Source: Acidimicrobiia bacterium (GTDB taxonomy: Bacteria; Actinomycetota; Acidimicrobiia; Spongiisociales; ZC4RG35). Taken from it: DNA of 64,000 nucleotides. Under the pieces are notes generated by a model. That model had not been told where the DNA came from. It made no database searches and was given only the letters and a program-made list of their open reading frames with translations. Shown here piece by piece: positions 17,183 to 27,107 of this stretch (position 1 is its first letter; each line of letters begins with the position of its first letter). Where the stretch lies: NCBI GenBank assembly GCA_965203555.1, contig CBDBCY010000004.1:2976001-3040000 (forward strand), in the 5' to 3' direction. A program made the translations under genes and the position numbers.

Positions 17183-20100
17183 CCGAGCCTCGCATAGATG
17201 TGGCCGCCACGTTGGCGGATCTGAAGGACTTTCAGCGACGCACGGCCGAATGGGCGTTCCATCGGATGTTCTCGGATAGCGACCCTGCGCTTCGGTTCCT
17301 GGTGGCGGACGAGGTCGGCCTCGGCAAGACGCATGTCGCCAAAGGCGTGATAGCGCAGGTCATCGACCACCTCGGACGAAGCGGTGACCCGCGCCACGAC
17401 ATCGTCTATGTGTGCTCCAATGCGGCCATCGCCCGGCAGAACCTGAAAAAGCTAACACCCGAAGGCATCGACCCGACGCCCATTCCGGTCGACCGGCTCA
17501 CCATGCTGCCCCTCATTCACCTCCAGGACGAAGAGGAGGGCAAGCCCGGCATCAATCTGCTGCCCATTACTCCGGGCACATCTTTGAACTTCGGCCTAAG
17601 CACCGGCACGTTCCGAGAGCGCGCCGTCGCCTACACCTTCCTTCGCGCCCATTGGGGCAGAGCCGTGATGGAACCGCGGCGGGCGCGCTGGATATTCTGG
17701 GCGGGCATCTCAGCCGGCGATCCCGACTGGCGGCTCCGAGATTGGGAGCGTCGTCATCGTCACGAAATCCAACGGACGTTGCCGGAGTTCGCCCGACGTC
17801 TGGAAGAGATCGACACCGAGCGACAGGCGAACGAAAAGCGGACAGTTCGAGAGTTGTTTGACGCACTGGTCGACGGACTCAGGTACAAGAGGGCCATCCG
17901 CGGCTGCATGTGGTACACGCGCAGAGAGTTCATCGCGGTAGTGCGCCGCACCATGGCAATCGTCGGGATCGATTCGCTGCGCCCCGACCTGGTGGTGCTG
18001 GACGAGTTCCAGCGATTCAAGGACCTGCTCGATCCCCATCCCGACAACCTGGCGGCGGAACTTGCCAAGAGGCTGTTCGAATACAGGGACCCCGAGACGG
18101 GGCGACCCACCCGCACTCTGCTGCTCTCCGCCACCCCCTACCGCATGTACACCACCGCCGACGACACCGATGATGATCATTACAAGGACTTCCTTGACAC
18201 CTGCCGGTTTCTCTACAGGGACTCCGGGCGCGTCAAGGGACTGCAGCGCCGGTTCGCCGATCTCCGCCATGCGCTCACCGATTTGGCGGCGTTCGAGGAC
18301 ACTGAGACGGCGTTAGAAGCCGCAGCTGACATCTGCGGGAAGATCGGCTCGGAGTTGCGACAGGTAATGGCCCGGACCGAACGGCTGGCCGCCACTCCCG
18401 ATCGGGACGGGATGCTCGGAGAACCCGACGCCCCGGCTCCGGTGGCGCCCGATGACCTGCGATCGTACCTCCGGTTCGGTGAGATCGCCCGATTGGTGGG
18501 CTACCCCGATCCCACCGAGTACTGGAAATCGGCACCTTACCTGATCAACTTCATGGAACGCTACAAGCTCAAACAAGCCGTGAAACAGGCCGCCGAGGAA
18601 GGCCGGTTCCTCGACACCGGCCTGCTCGACGGTGGTCCGGGACTTTTGAGTTGGAAAGAGGTGGAGCGCTACCGGGCCATCGACCCTCAGAACGGGCGGC
18701 TCCGGTGGCTGATGGATGACCTCCGGGGCACCCGGGCCTTCGAGCTTCTGTGGGTGCCGCCGTCGATCCGCTATTACGACACGGGATCGGTCTACGAATC
18801 CGAGGAGGCCCACAGGTTCACCAAGCGGCTGATCTTCTCGGGTTGGGTGATTGTTCCGAAAGTGGTGTCTTCCCTGGTCAGCTTCGAAGCCGAGCGTCTG
18901 GCTTACCGGGACCGCGACCACGATTACACGGACCAGTACCGGCGGCGCGGGGGCGGTCGGATGACGTTCCGCACCGCCGAGCGGACCTCGGCGGATCGCC
19001 GCTCTGGAGAAGCCGCGGGTGATCGCCGCGCCGCCTCGATGACCACTCTGTTGCTCTGTTGGCCGAGCATCACCCTCGCTCAACTTGGGGATCCTCTGCA
19101 GTTGGACATCCCAAGGCGGGACCGCTCCGAGGTGATCGCCGCCATCGCAGAGCGGATTGAGGCCGCCCTAGAGCCATTGGCTGGCTCTGCGCCTTCGGAA
19201 GGTGCGGTCGACCAACGTTGGTATTGGGCCGCCCCGATGCTGTTCGATTACCGGTGTCACCCCAAGGTGGTTCGCCGGCTGCTGTCCGATCAGTCGGCAT
19301 GGCTCGGAGAGGGCGAACGGCCCGACCGGAACTTCCGAGCGCACCTCGCCGAGGCCGGGGCGTTGCTCGACTACGGCGCCGGAGCCCTCGGTCGGCGTCC
19401 TGAGGATCTGTATGTGGTGCTCGCCGAACTGGCGCTGGGAGGGCCGGCCCAATGCGCGCTTCGCGCAATCCGCCGGGTGGTGGGTCTACGGGACGATCAC
19501 CGGGCGGTGACGGCCGGCGCGGCCCTGATCAGCGAGGCATTCCGGAGTTTCTTCAACGCCCCGGCGGTCACGGCCATAGTCGCCGGTGATCAATCGGCAG
19601 ACGCAGAATCCGGGCAATCGGCCCCGGTTGTCGCCCGGTACTGGCGCGATGTGGTGGGTCATTGCATAGACGGCAACCTGCAGGCAGTGCTCGATGAGCA
19701 TGCTCACGTTCTCCGAGATTGGCTGGGACATGTCAGACTCGGTGATGATGCACAGCGGGCCGAGGCTGCCGGAGATATTGCCGGGAGGATCGGCGAGGCC
19801 CTGCGACTGCGGACCTCGGCCCTGCGGGTGGACATTCCCGTCCGGACCGACGGTGGCCAGGCCGAGGTTCTCTCCGCCCGCCGCATGCGCACCCGATTTG
19901 CGGTGACCTTCGGCGATCAGGCTCTCGACGAGGGTGGTCAGGCCCGGGTGGGCGCCGTGTCGGTCGCCTTCAATTCGCCGTTTTGGCCGTTTGTGCTGGC
20001 CTCAACCTCGGTCGGGCAGGAGGGACTGGACTTTCACCTGTGGTGCCATGCCGTGGTGCACTGGAACCTGCCGGCCAGTCCCGTGGATCTCGAACAGCGG

Positions 20101-20541
20101 GAAGGTCGGGTCCACCGCTACAAATGCCATGCGGTTCGTAGGAACATTGCCGAAACGTTCGGATCCGAAATCCTGAGATCAGGAGACCGGGAAGGTGATC
20201 TCTGGCAGGCCCTCTTTGACCGAGCGGCATCCGAAGAGGGGTCCGACAACGGAGAAATGGCGCCTTATTGGGTGTTTCACCAGGGCCGGGCGAAGATCGA
20301 CCGTCTAGTACCTATCCTGCCCTTCAGCCGCGAGTCGGCGAGACTTCCACAACTGCGCAAGTCGCTTGCCATCTATCGCCTGGCCTTCGGCCAGCCGCGG
20401 CAAGAGGAATTGGTCGAGTTCCTGGGCGATCGGGTCAGCCAGGACCACTTGTCCCGTTGGCTCTCCCAACTCCGCATTGACCTGTCGCCCCGACCGCGTG
20501 AGTTTGTGGAAGTTGAGACCGGGGGTGCGGGGGCGGCGTAG
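17179..20541 (+). CDS. SF2 helicase, gene 3 of the Azaca-like operon
   Basis: LVADEVGLGKT, LVVLDEFQRF, LLSATPY, STSVGQEGLDFH, DLEQREGRVHRY; ATGA coupling to the PLD gene. Confidence 0.9.
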   Translation: MTEPRIDVAATLADLKDFQRRTAEWAFHRMFSDSDPALRFLVADEVGLGKTHVAKGVIAQVIDHLGRSGDPRHDIVYVCSNAAIARQNLKKLTPEGIDPTPIPVDRLTMLPLIHLQDEEEGKPGINLLPITPGTSLNFGLSTGTFRERAVAYTFLRAHWGRAVMEPRRARWIFWAGISAGDPDWRLRDWERRHRHEIQRTLPEFARRLEEIDTERQANEKRTVRELFDALVDGLRYKRAIRGCMWYTRREFIAVVRRTMAIVGIDSLRPDLVVLDEFQRFKDLLDPHPDNLAAELAKRLFEYRDPETGRPTRTLLLSATPYRMYTTADDTDDDHYKDFLDTCRFLYRDSGRVKGLQRRFADLRHALTDLAAFEDTETALEAAADICGKIGSELRQVMARTERLAATPDRDGMLGEPDAPAPVAPDDLRSYLRFGEIARLVGYPDPTEYWKSAPYLINFMERYKLKQAVKQAAEEGRFLDTGLLDGGPGLLSWKEVERYRAIDPQNGRLRWLMDDLRGTRAFELLWVPPSIRYYDTGSVYESEEAHRFTKRLIFSGWVIVPKVVSSLVSFEAERLAYRDRDHDYTDQYRRRGGGRMTFRTAERTSADRRSGEAAGDRRAASMTTLLLCWPSITLAQLGDPLQLDIPRRDRSEVIAAIAERIEAALEPLAGSAPSEGAVDQRWYWAAPMLFDYRCHPKVVRRLLSDQSAWLGEGERPDRNFRAHLAEAGALLDYGAGALGRRPEDLYVVLAELALGGPAQCALRAIRRVVGLRDDHRAVTAGAALISEAFRSFFNAPAVTAIVAGDQSADAESGQSAPVVARYWRDVVGHCIDGNLQAVLDEHAHVLRDWLGHVRLGDDAQRAEAAGDIAGRIGEALRLRTSALRVDIPVRTDGGQAEVLSARRMRTRFAVTFGDQALDEGGQARVGAVSVAFNSPFWPFVLASTSVGQEGLDFHLWCHAVVHWNLPASPVDLEQREGRVHRYKCHAVRRNIAETFGSEILRSGDREGDLWQALFDRAASEEGSDNGEMAPYWVFHQGRAKIDRLVPILPFSRESARLPQLRKSLAIYRLAFGQPRQEELVEFLGDRVSQDHLSRWLSQLRIDLSPRPREFVEVETGGAGAA

Positions 20542-20688
20542 TTATACGTGCGATGGAGCGATTCCGGCCCACGACTCGGCGCAACGCGCGTACAGACATG
20601 AGTACATGAACGCCCCCCCCCCCCCGATGGGGTCGGGGGCGCCGCTATACTTCAGGCACGCCTCAGAGCGTCATCGACTTCATGGATC

Positions 20689-20871
20689 TTGACAGTGAGC
20701 AACAATCTGGTCTGCTCAGACGGTAGAACGCCCGAAGAGGAGTGGCAGTACAGAGTGGATAACTGCCTTTCCATGCGCGACACTCCGCCCACCGAGGACG
20801 AGCGGCTCCAATCAATTCACCGTATCTTGGAGGAGGATAGAGACCTCCTCCAGATGTTGGCTGACGCTTAG
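20689..20871 (+). CDS. Small putative antitoxin of the Doc module
   Basis: 60 aa directly upstream of doc; C-terminus IHRILEEDRDLLQMLADA resembles Doc-neutralising tails. Confidence 0.5.
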   Translation: MTVSNNLVCSDGRTPEEEWQYRVDNCLSMRDTPPTEDERLQSIHRILEEDRDLLQMLADA

Positions 20872-20894
20872 CGCCGGGAGGGGAGGGATCGACT

Positions 20895-21300
20895 GTGCGG
20901 ACCAGGAGGGAACCGAACTGGGTTCCCTCCGAAGATGTGGTGATCTTTCACGATCTGGCGATAGTGAACCATGGGGTAGGCGCGGCTTGCGCAGCCAGGG
21001 ATTACTCGAGCAGGCGGTGAGCAGGCCCCAGAGGCGATGGTTTACGAAAGGACGGAGAATCTTGCTCGGCTGGCGGCTTGCTACACGGCCAGCATCGTGT
21101 TCATCCACCCGTTCGTTGATGGCAACAAGCGAGCCGGGTGGGGAACGGCGCGGCACTTCGCCTCGCTGAACGGAGCGGAACTTGTATGTCGCCCCGAGGA
21201 TGCATACCGGGCCGTTCTGGGGTTTGCCGCAAGTTCGAAAGACGAGTGCCAAGAGGAACTCCTGGCCGAGTTCCTCTACGAGCACCTGTTCCCCCTTTAG
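20895..21300 (+). pseudogene. doc: Doc/Fic family toxin split by two frameshifts
   Basis: Three consecutive frames: MRTRREPNWVPSEDVVIFHDLAIVNHG / RRGLRSQGLLEQAVSRPQ / AMVYE...HPFVDGNKRAG. Shifts at ~20973-20976 (GGGG) and ~21031. Confidence 0.8.
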
Positions 21301-21487
21301 TTGCACTTCTCTCGCCTGCTCCGAAGAGGGAGTGCCATGACCCCCAGCATCAGCTTTGCTACCGCGAGATCACATCGATCACCTCGGTAACGGATTTGGC
21401 TAATCCCTCGGTGTATTTTGGGTCAGTGGCGGGATTTGCCGGGCTGACCAAGGGCCTGCCCTCCGTTAAGCCGACCGCAAGGAGCAG

Positions 21488-22636
21488 ATGATGCCGTTTT
21501 CCGAAGAGCACCAGATGTTCCGTCATGTGGTTCGCCGGTTCGTGGAGGAGGAGATCAATCCCCGGGTGGACGAGTGGGAGGAAGCGGGAGAGATGCCGTT
21601 GCACGAGGTGTTCGCGCAGATGGCCGAACTTGGGTTGCTGGGCCTGGAGTACGATCCCGCCTACGGTGGGCAGGGGGCCGACCATCTGTTCACGGTGGTG
21701 CTGGCCGAGGAATTCGGTCGGGCCGACCATGGATCGATCGGGATGGCGCTGGGGGTTCAGGTGGACATGGCCACACCCTCGCTTCACCAGCACGGGTCGG
21801 AGAATCTCAAACGCCGCTACCTGGCGCCTGCTCTTCGCGGGGAGATGGTTACCTCCATCGCGGTCACCGAACCCGACGCCGGTTCGGATGTGGCGGCCAT
21901 CAAGACGCGGGCAACCCGAGACGGCGACCAGTGGATCATCAACGGGTCGAAGATGTACATTACCAACGGATTGCAGGCCGACTGGCTGTGCCTGCTGGCC
22001 CGGACTTCCGACGAGGGGGGATATGCGGGGATGAGCCAGATCGTGGTCCCCACCGATCTGGCAGGCTTCGAGGTATCCCGCAAGCTCGACAAACTGGGAA
22101 TGCGGGCGTCGGACACCGGTCTGCTCACCTTTACCGATATGGCGGTCCCGGTGTCGAACACCATCGGCGAGGTGGGGAAGGGATTCCAGCAGCAGATGAG
22201 CCAGTTCGTGGTGGAGCGGATGTGGGCCGCCTACTCGACGGTGGGATCGTGCGAGCGGGCATTGGAGCGTACCGCGCAGTACCTGCGAGAGCGGAAGGTC
22301 TTCGGCAAGCCTTTGCTGGGCCACCAGTACGTCAGTTACCGGCTGGCCGAGCTGGCCGCCGAGCTGGACATGCTGCGCCACTACAACTACGCTACCGCCG
22401 AGGCGTACATGCGAGGGGAGGACCCCACCAGGTACGCAACCATCGCCAAGCTCAAGTCGGGGCGGTTGGCCAGAGAGACCGCCGATTGGGTCATGCAATT
22501 CCATGGAGGCATCGGGTACATGGAGGAGACCTGGACGGCCCGGTTTTTCCGGGACAACCGCTTGGGCTCGATCGGCGGAGGATCGGATGAGACGATGCTC
22601 GGGGTGCTTGCCAGGATGGACGGCTATCACGCTTAG
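21488..22636 (+). CDS. Acyl-CoA dehydrogenase
   Basis: AVTEPDAGSD, INGSKMYITNG, LDKLGMRASDT, RKVFGKPL, QFHGGIGY, IGGGSDE. Confidence 0.93.
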   Translation: MMPFSEEHQMFRHVVRRFVEEEINPRVDEWEEAGEMPLHEVFAQMAELGLLGLEYDPAYGGQGADHLFTVVLAEEFGRADHGSIGMALGVQVDMATPSLHQHGSENLKRRYLAPALRGEMVTSIAVTEPDAGSDVAAIKTRATRDGDQWIINGSKMYITNGLQADWLCLLARTSDEGGYAGMSQIVVPTDLAGFEVSRKLDKLGMRASDTGLLTFTDMAVPVSNTIGEVGKGFQQQMSQFVVERMWAAYSTVGSCERALERTAQYLRERKVFGKPLLGHQYVSYRLAELAAELDMLRHYNYATAEAYMRGEDPTRYATIAKLKSGRLARETADWVMQFHGGIGYMEETWTARFFRDNRLGSIGGGSDETMLGVLARMDGYHA

Positions 22637-22668
22637 GGCTCCAGCCCTGTTCCGCCCGGTGACAGTGT

Positions 22669-22686
22669 ATGTTATCTACATAACAT
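22669..22686. promoter_or_regulatory. Inverted repeat ATGTTAT-CTAC-ATAACAT, candidate operator
   Basis: Perfect 7-4-7 dyad 25 bp upstream of the VOC gene start. Confidence 0.55.
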
Positions 22687-22711
22687 TCCCGCCGCGCCAA
22701 GGAGGTCTGGA

Positions 22712-23161
22712 GTGGGAGAGATAATCGGTCATCACCACACAGGGATACAGGTAACCGATCTGGACAAGTCCCTGGAGTTCTATCGCGATCAACTGGGTCT
22801 GGAGTTGGTGCTCCGCTGGAACCGCACCGCTCCCTACATCGAGCAGTTCTCCGGATATCCCGGGGTTGACATGCACGGCGCCATACTGCGTATGCCCAAC
22901 ACCGACAGCATCTTGGAGGTCTTGGAGTATCGCAACGTGGAGCGGACCGTGATCGATCCCGCCACCGCCAATCCCGGCACCGCCCACCTCGCCTTCCGGG
23001 TGGACGACTGCGACGCGTTGTATGACCGGTTGACCTCACAGGGTGTGGATTCGGTGTCCCGGCCGGTCACCCCCACCATCGGGCCGAACAAGGGAGGCCG
23101 GACCGTGATGATGCTCGATCCGGACGGCTTTCGGATCGAACTCCTGCAGCCTCCCCGATGA
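22712..23161 (+). CDS. VOC/glyoxalase family protein
   Basis: HHTGIQVTDLDKSLEFY, AHLAFRVDD, DPDGFRIEL; GGAGG RBS. Confidence 0.88.
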   Translation: MGEIIGHHHTGIQVTDLDKSLEFYRDQLGLELVLRWNRTAPYIEQFSGYPGVDMHGAILRMPNTDSILEVLEYRNVERTVIDPATANPGTAHLAFRVDDCDALYDRLTSQGVDSVSRPVTPTIGPNKGGRTVMMLDPDGFRIELLQPPR

Positions 23162-23448
23162 CCGGCAGCAAGACCCTTCTCACCGAAGAGGAGATCGCCG
23201 GACTGCTGGCTGCTCATCCGGACTGGAAGCGGGACGGTAGCCTGCTGCGGCGGTCCTATCAGTTCTCCAACTTCCGGGCGGCATTCGCGTTCATGTCCCA
23301 TGTGGCGTTGATTTCAGAGCGCCTCTTCCATCATCCGGAGTGGTCCAACGTGTATAACCGGGTGGAGTTGGCGATCACCAGCCACGATGTTGGAGGCTTG
23401 ACCGCCAGAGACCGTCGATTCGTAGAGTTGGTGGACGCCATCGGCTGA
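23158..23448 (+). CDS. Pterin-4a-carbinolamine dehydratase
   Basis: HHPEWSNVYNRV...SHDVGGLTARD. Confidence 0.92.
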   Translation: MTGSKTLLTEEEIAGLLAAHPDWKRDGSLLRRSYQFSNFRAAFAFMSHVALISERLFHHPEWSNVYNRVELAITSHDVGGLTARDRRFVELVDAIG

Positions 23449-23512
23449 ATCCGGCCGGTGCCGGAAATGCATTCCGCCCGGTGGTACGCTGACCTTGGTT
23501 AAGCGAGGACGG

Positions 23513-25261
23513 ATGACCATAAAGTACGACCTCCAAAACCTCCGGGGAGATGTTCTGGGTGGGATCACCTCGGCCGTGGTGCTGTTGCCGATGGCCCTGG
23601 CCTACGGTGTGGTGTCCGGCCTGGGAGTCATCCCCGGACTGTACGGAGCGGTGGCGGTGGGACTCTTTGCTTCGCTGTTCTGGGGCACTCAGGCGCTGAT
23701 CTCGGGGCCGACCGGCCCGATGGCGGTGGCCATGGCGGTGGTGGTGGGGAGTTATGCCGAGACTCTCACCGAGGCGTTCACCATCGTGATCATGGCCGGG
23801 GTTATCCAGATCATTCTGGGAGTGATCAAGATGGGCCGCTACGTGGCATACACCCCCTATTCGGTTATATCGGGGTTCACCTCGGGGGTGGGTGTCATCA
23901 TCGTCCTGCTGCAGGTATTGCCGTTCCTGGGGGCGTCCTCCCCCGGCGGCGGGACGGTGGGAGCGATCCGCGCCATGCCCGCGGCTGTGGGGGAAGTCAA
24001 CGTCGATGCTCTGCTAATCGCCCTGGCCACTCTGCTGGTGGCCATCTTCTGGCCGAAGAGGTTCAGGAGGGCCCTGCCACCCACCCTGGCGGCGCTGATA
24101 GCGGGAACCCTGCTCGGGGTGATGTGGCTTAGAGGCGCGCCGCTCATCGGTGAAGTACCCGCCGGCCTGCCGGACCTGATCGATACCCACACCGTCCTCC
24201 AACACATGGTTTCCTCCTTCCAACCGGCGTTGGTGCTGGCGTTGCTCGCTTCCATAAACACCCTGCTCATGTCCTTGATTGCCGATTCGATGACCCGCAC
24301 CACCCATCAGCCGAACCGGGAGTTGGTGGGCCAGGGGGTGGGGAACATCTTCTCGGGGCTGTTCGGAGGGATGCCGGGAGCGGGAAACATCCCCGCCACG
24401 GTGGTGAACGCCCGGATCGGGGGGAGGTCACCGCTGTCGGGAGTGCTGTGCTCTCTGGTCCTGCTGACCCTCCTGCTGGGAGTGGGCCGGTATGTGGCGG
24501 AGATTCCCCACGCGGTCCTGGCCGGGATCCTGATGAAAGTCGGATGGGATATCATCGACTGGAAGTTCATCGCCCGTATCCATCGAGTACAGCGGGAACA
24601 CCTGGTGGTGATGGCCATCACCCTGGGTCTTACGGTCTTCGCCGACCTGCTAACCGCCATCATGCTGGGTCTGATCGTGGCTGCGCTGGTCAGCGCCAGG
24701 CAGGTCGAGTACCTGGAACTGGACAGCGTGATCTCCGTCCCGCTGCTCGACATCAGTTTTCTGGCGGACGAGGAAGAGGAAGATGAGACGGCGGATCTGG
24801 ACAGCATGCTGAGTCTCTTGGGCGGCGACGAAGAGGATGAGGAAGATGAGAGTGAGGCTGACGCTCTGGATGGCTTGCTGAGCCTGCTGGGCGATGACGA
24901 TGACGAGGATGAGTTCGATCCCTTCTCCGCCCGTTGCGGCCTGGTCTCCTTCCGGGGGCATTTCACGGTGGCGTCCTCCAACCGCATGTTCAGCACCATT
25001 AGCGTGGACATTCAGGATCACGAGGTGGTGATCCTCGACTTCTCCCAGACCAATTACATGGACGACAGCGCCGCCTTCGTGGTGGAGCGGTTGATCGATG
25101 TGGCCATCGCCGAGGACACCGAGTGCATCGTCATGGGTCTGCAAGGTCCGGTGGGAAAGAGCCTGCGGAAACTTCACATCCTCCGAAAGATCTCCGAGGA
25201 TCGTTACGTGGAGAATATGGACGAGGCGAAGGAACTGGCCAAGCAGATACTCGGGATCTGA
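23513..25261 (+). CDS. SulP family anion transporter with STAS domain and an acidic insertion
   Basis: LPMALAYGVVSG, GLYGA, ISGPTGPM, NRELVGQG, VILDFS..YMDDSA; ATG 23513 after GAGGA (ORF track starts at 23495). Confidence 0.92.
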   Translation: MTIKYDLQNLRGDVLGGITSAVVLLPMALAYGVVSGLGVIPGLYGAVAVGLFASLFWGTQALISGPTGPMAVAMAVVVGSYAETLTEAFTIVIMAGVIQIILGVIKMGRYVAYTPYSVISGFTSGVGVIIVLLQVLPFLGASSPGGGTVGAIRAMPAAVGEVNVDALLIALATLLVAIFWPKRFRRALPPTLAALIAGTLLGVMWLRGAPLIGEVPAGLPDLIDTHTVLQHMVSSFQPALVLALLASINTLLMSLIADSMTRTTHQPNRELVGQGVGNIFSGLFGGMPGAGNIPATVVNARIGGRSPLSGVLCSLVLLTLLLGVGRYVAEIPHAVLAGILMKVGWDIIDWKFIARIHRVQREHLVVMAITLGLTVFADLLTAIMLGLIVAALVSARQVEYLELDSVISVPLLDISFLADEEEEDETADLDSMLSLLGGDEEDEEDESEADALDGLLSLLGDDDDEDEFDPFSARCGLVSFRGHFTVASSNRMFSTISVDIQDHEVVILDFSQTNYMDDSAAFVVERLIDVAIAEDTECIVMGLQGPVGKSLRKLHILRKISEDRYVENMDEAKELAKQILGI

Positions 25262-25468
25262 AGCCGATACGCGGGTTGGGGAACGGTTCCTTCCTCACCC
25301 GCCTCAACTGGACCGGTGCCGCCTTCGGTCACCAGAGGACAGCCGAAGCCGGAGTGTCGATTTCGGCGGGGCGCCCGGCGATTTCCTACCGGAGTGGCGC
25401 CGCAGACAGCCTGAAGCTTCGTAAGGATTATATTTCGCCCTGCATGGGAAACTCCAGGGAGATGCCTG

Positions 25469-27082
25469 ATGAGATATGACCTGGAGGCGTTCAGAGGAGA
25501 CCTGTTCGGGGGGATCACCTCTGCCGTGGTTTCCCTCCCGATGGCCCTGGCATTTGGCGTGGTCTCCGGATTGGGAGCTCTGGCCGGCCTGTACGGAGCG
25601 ATCGCGGTGGGTTTTTTCGCGGCCCTCTTCGGGGGGACGCGGTCCCTGATTTCGGGTCCCACCGGCCCGATGTCGGTGGTAATGGCCGTCATTGTCACCA
25701 GCTATGTCGACAGTCTCACCGAGGCGTTCACCATAGTGATGATGGCAGGGATCATTCAGATCCTCTTGGGTCTGTTGAGAATCGGACGCTTCATTGCCTA
25801 CACGCCGTACTCGGTGATATCGGGCTTCATGTCGGGTATCGGAGTGATCATCATCTTGTTGCAGACCATGCCCTTCCTGGGAGCGCCGGGCGCCGAGGGC
25901 GGTCCCATCGGAACTATCCGCGCTCTGCCGCAGGCAATAGTCGACATCAACGTAAATGCCTTTGTGATTGCGGCGGTGACTCTTGCGGTAGCTGTGCTGT
26001 GGCCGAAGGGTCTCCGTAGGATCCTGCCTCCGTTCCTCGCTGCCCTCATTGCTGGAACCTTGTTTGGTCTGTGGCTTGCCGATACGCCCCTCATCGGCAG
26101 TGTGCCCACGGGTCTGCCTGAGGTGTGGTTGCCGGGTCTCACTGTCGAGGTATTGACGGGGGCGGTGCAACCGGCTTTGACGCTGGCCCTTCTGGGCGCC
26201 ATCGACAGCCTGCTCACTGCGCTGATTGCTGATTCGATCACCCGGACCCGACACAGACCCGATCAAGAGTTGGTGGGTCAGGGCATCGGCAATGCCATCG
26301 CCGGTTTCTTGGGGGGCCTACCGGGGGCTGGGAACACCCTGGGGACGGTGGTGAACGCCCGGGCCGGGGGGCTGACGAGAGTGTCCGGGATGACGTGCGC
26401 GGTGATTCTTTTTGCACTGGTCATGGGCCTGGGGAGATTCGTGGAAAGTATTCCTCTTGCAGTCCTGGCCGGCATTCTGACGAAAGTCGGCTGGGACATC
26501 ATCGACTGGAAGTTTCTGGTCCGCGTCCGTTATATCAAGCGGGAGCAACTGGTGGTGATGGTTACAACCTTGGGGCTGACTGTCTTCCTTGATCTGGTAA
26601 CGGCAGTGGTGGTGGGTCTGGTGGTGGCCGGGATGGTGAGCGCCCTGAAGTTGGAGAGCCTGGAATTGGACAACGTGGTTTCCGTGCCATTGCTGGACAA
26701 CACTTTCCTGGAGGACGCAGAGGGCTCGGGCGAGGTGGACCCTTTCTCGGCGCGGGTGGGTCTGGTGGCGTTCAGGGGGATCTACACGGTTGCTTCTTCC
26801 AACAAGATGGTCGCCGCGTTGAGCGTGGACATCCAGGAACATGAGGTGGTGATCCTTGACTTCTCGGAAACCGACTACATGGACGACAGCGCGGCCTTGG
26901 TGGTCGGACAGTTGATCGATGTGGCGATTGCCGAGGACACCGAATGCGTCGTAATGGGCTTTGAAGGTCCGGTCACCGACAGTCTCCATGCGCTGGACGT
27001 CTTGCGAAGAGTGCCCCCCGATCGCTTCGTTTCCGACATGGACGAAGCGCGGGCTGTCTCCTTGAAAATCTTGGGGACTTAG
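25469..27082 (+). CDS. SulP family anion transporter, tandem paralogue
   Basis: Same motifs and collinear with the upstream SulP but without the acidic insertion. Confidence 0.92.
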   Translation: MRYDLEAFRGDLFGGITSAVVSLPMALAFGVVSGLGALAGLYGAIAVGFFAALFGGTRSLISGPTGPMSVVMAVIVTSYVDSLTEAFTIVMMAGIIQILLGLLRIGRFIAYTPYSVISGFMSGIGVIIILLQTMPFLGAPGAEGGPIGTIRALPQAIVDINVNAFVIAAVTLAVAVLWPKGLRRILPPFLAALIAGTLFGLWLADTPLIGSVPTGLPEVWLPGLTVEVLTGAVQPALTLALLGAIDSLLTALIADSITRTRHRPDQELVGQGIGNAIAGFLGGLPGAGNTLGTVVNARAGGLTRVSGMTCAVILFALVMGLGRFVESIPLAVLAGILTKVGWDIIDWKFLVRVRYIKREQLVVMVTTLGLTVFLDLVTAVVVGLVVAGMVSALKLESLELDNVVSVPLLDNTFLEDAEGSGEVDPFSARVGLVAFRGIYTVASSNKMVAALSVDIQEHEVVILDFSETDYMDDSAALVVGQLIDVAIAEDTECVVMGFEGPVTDSLHALDVLRRVPPDRFVSDMDEARAVSLKILGT

Positions 27083-27107
27083 GGTCGTCACTTGGGGGCA
27101 GGGTTTC

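Noticed and set aside
20631-20651. Third PafBC-type motif before antitoxin-doc
   Set aside because: GGTCGG-N9-TATACT has the wrong first base and spacing.
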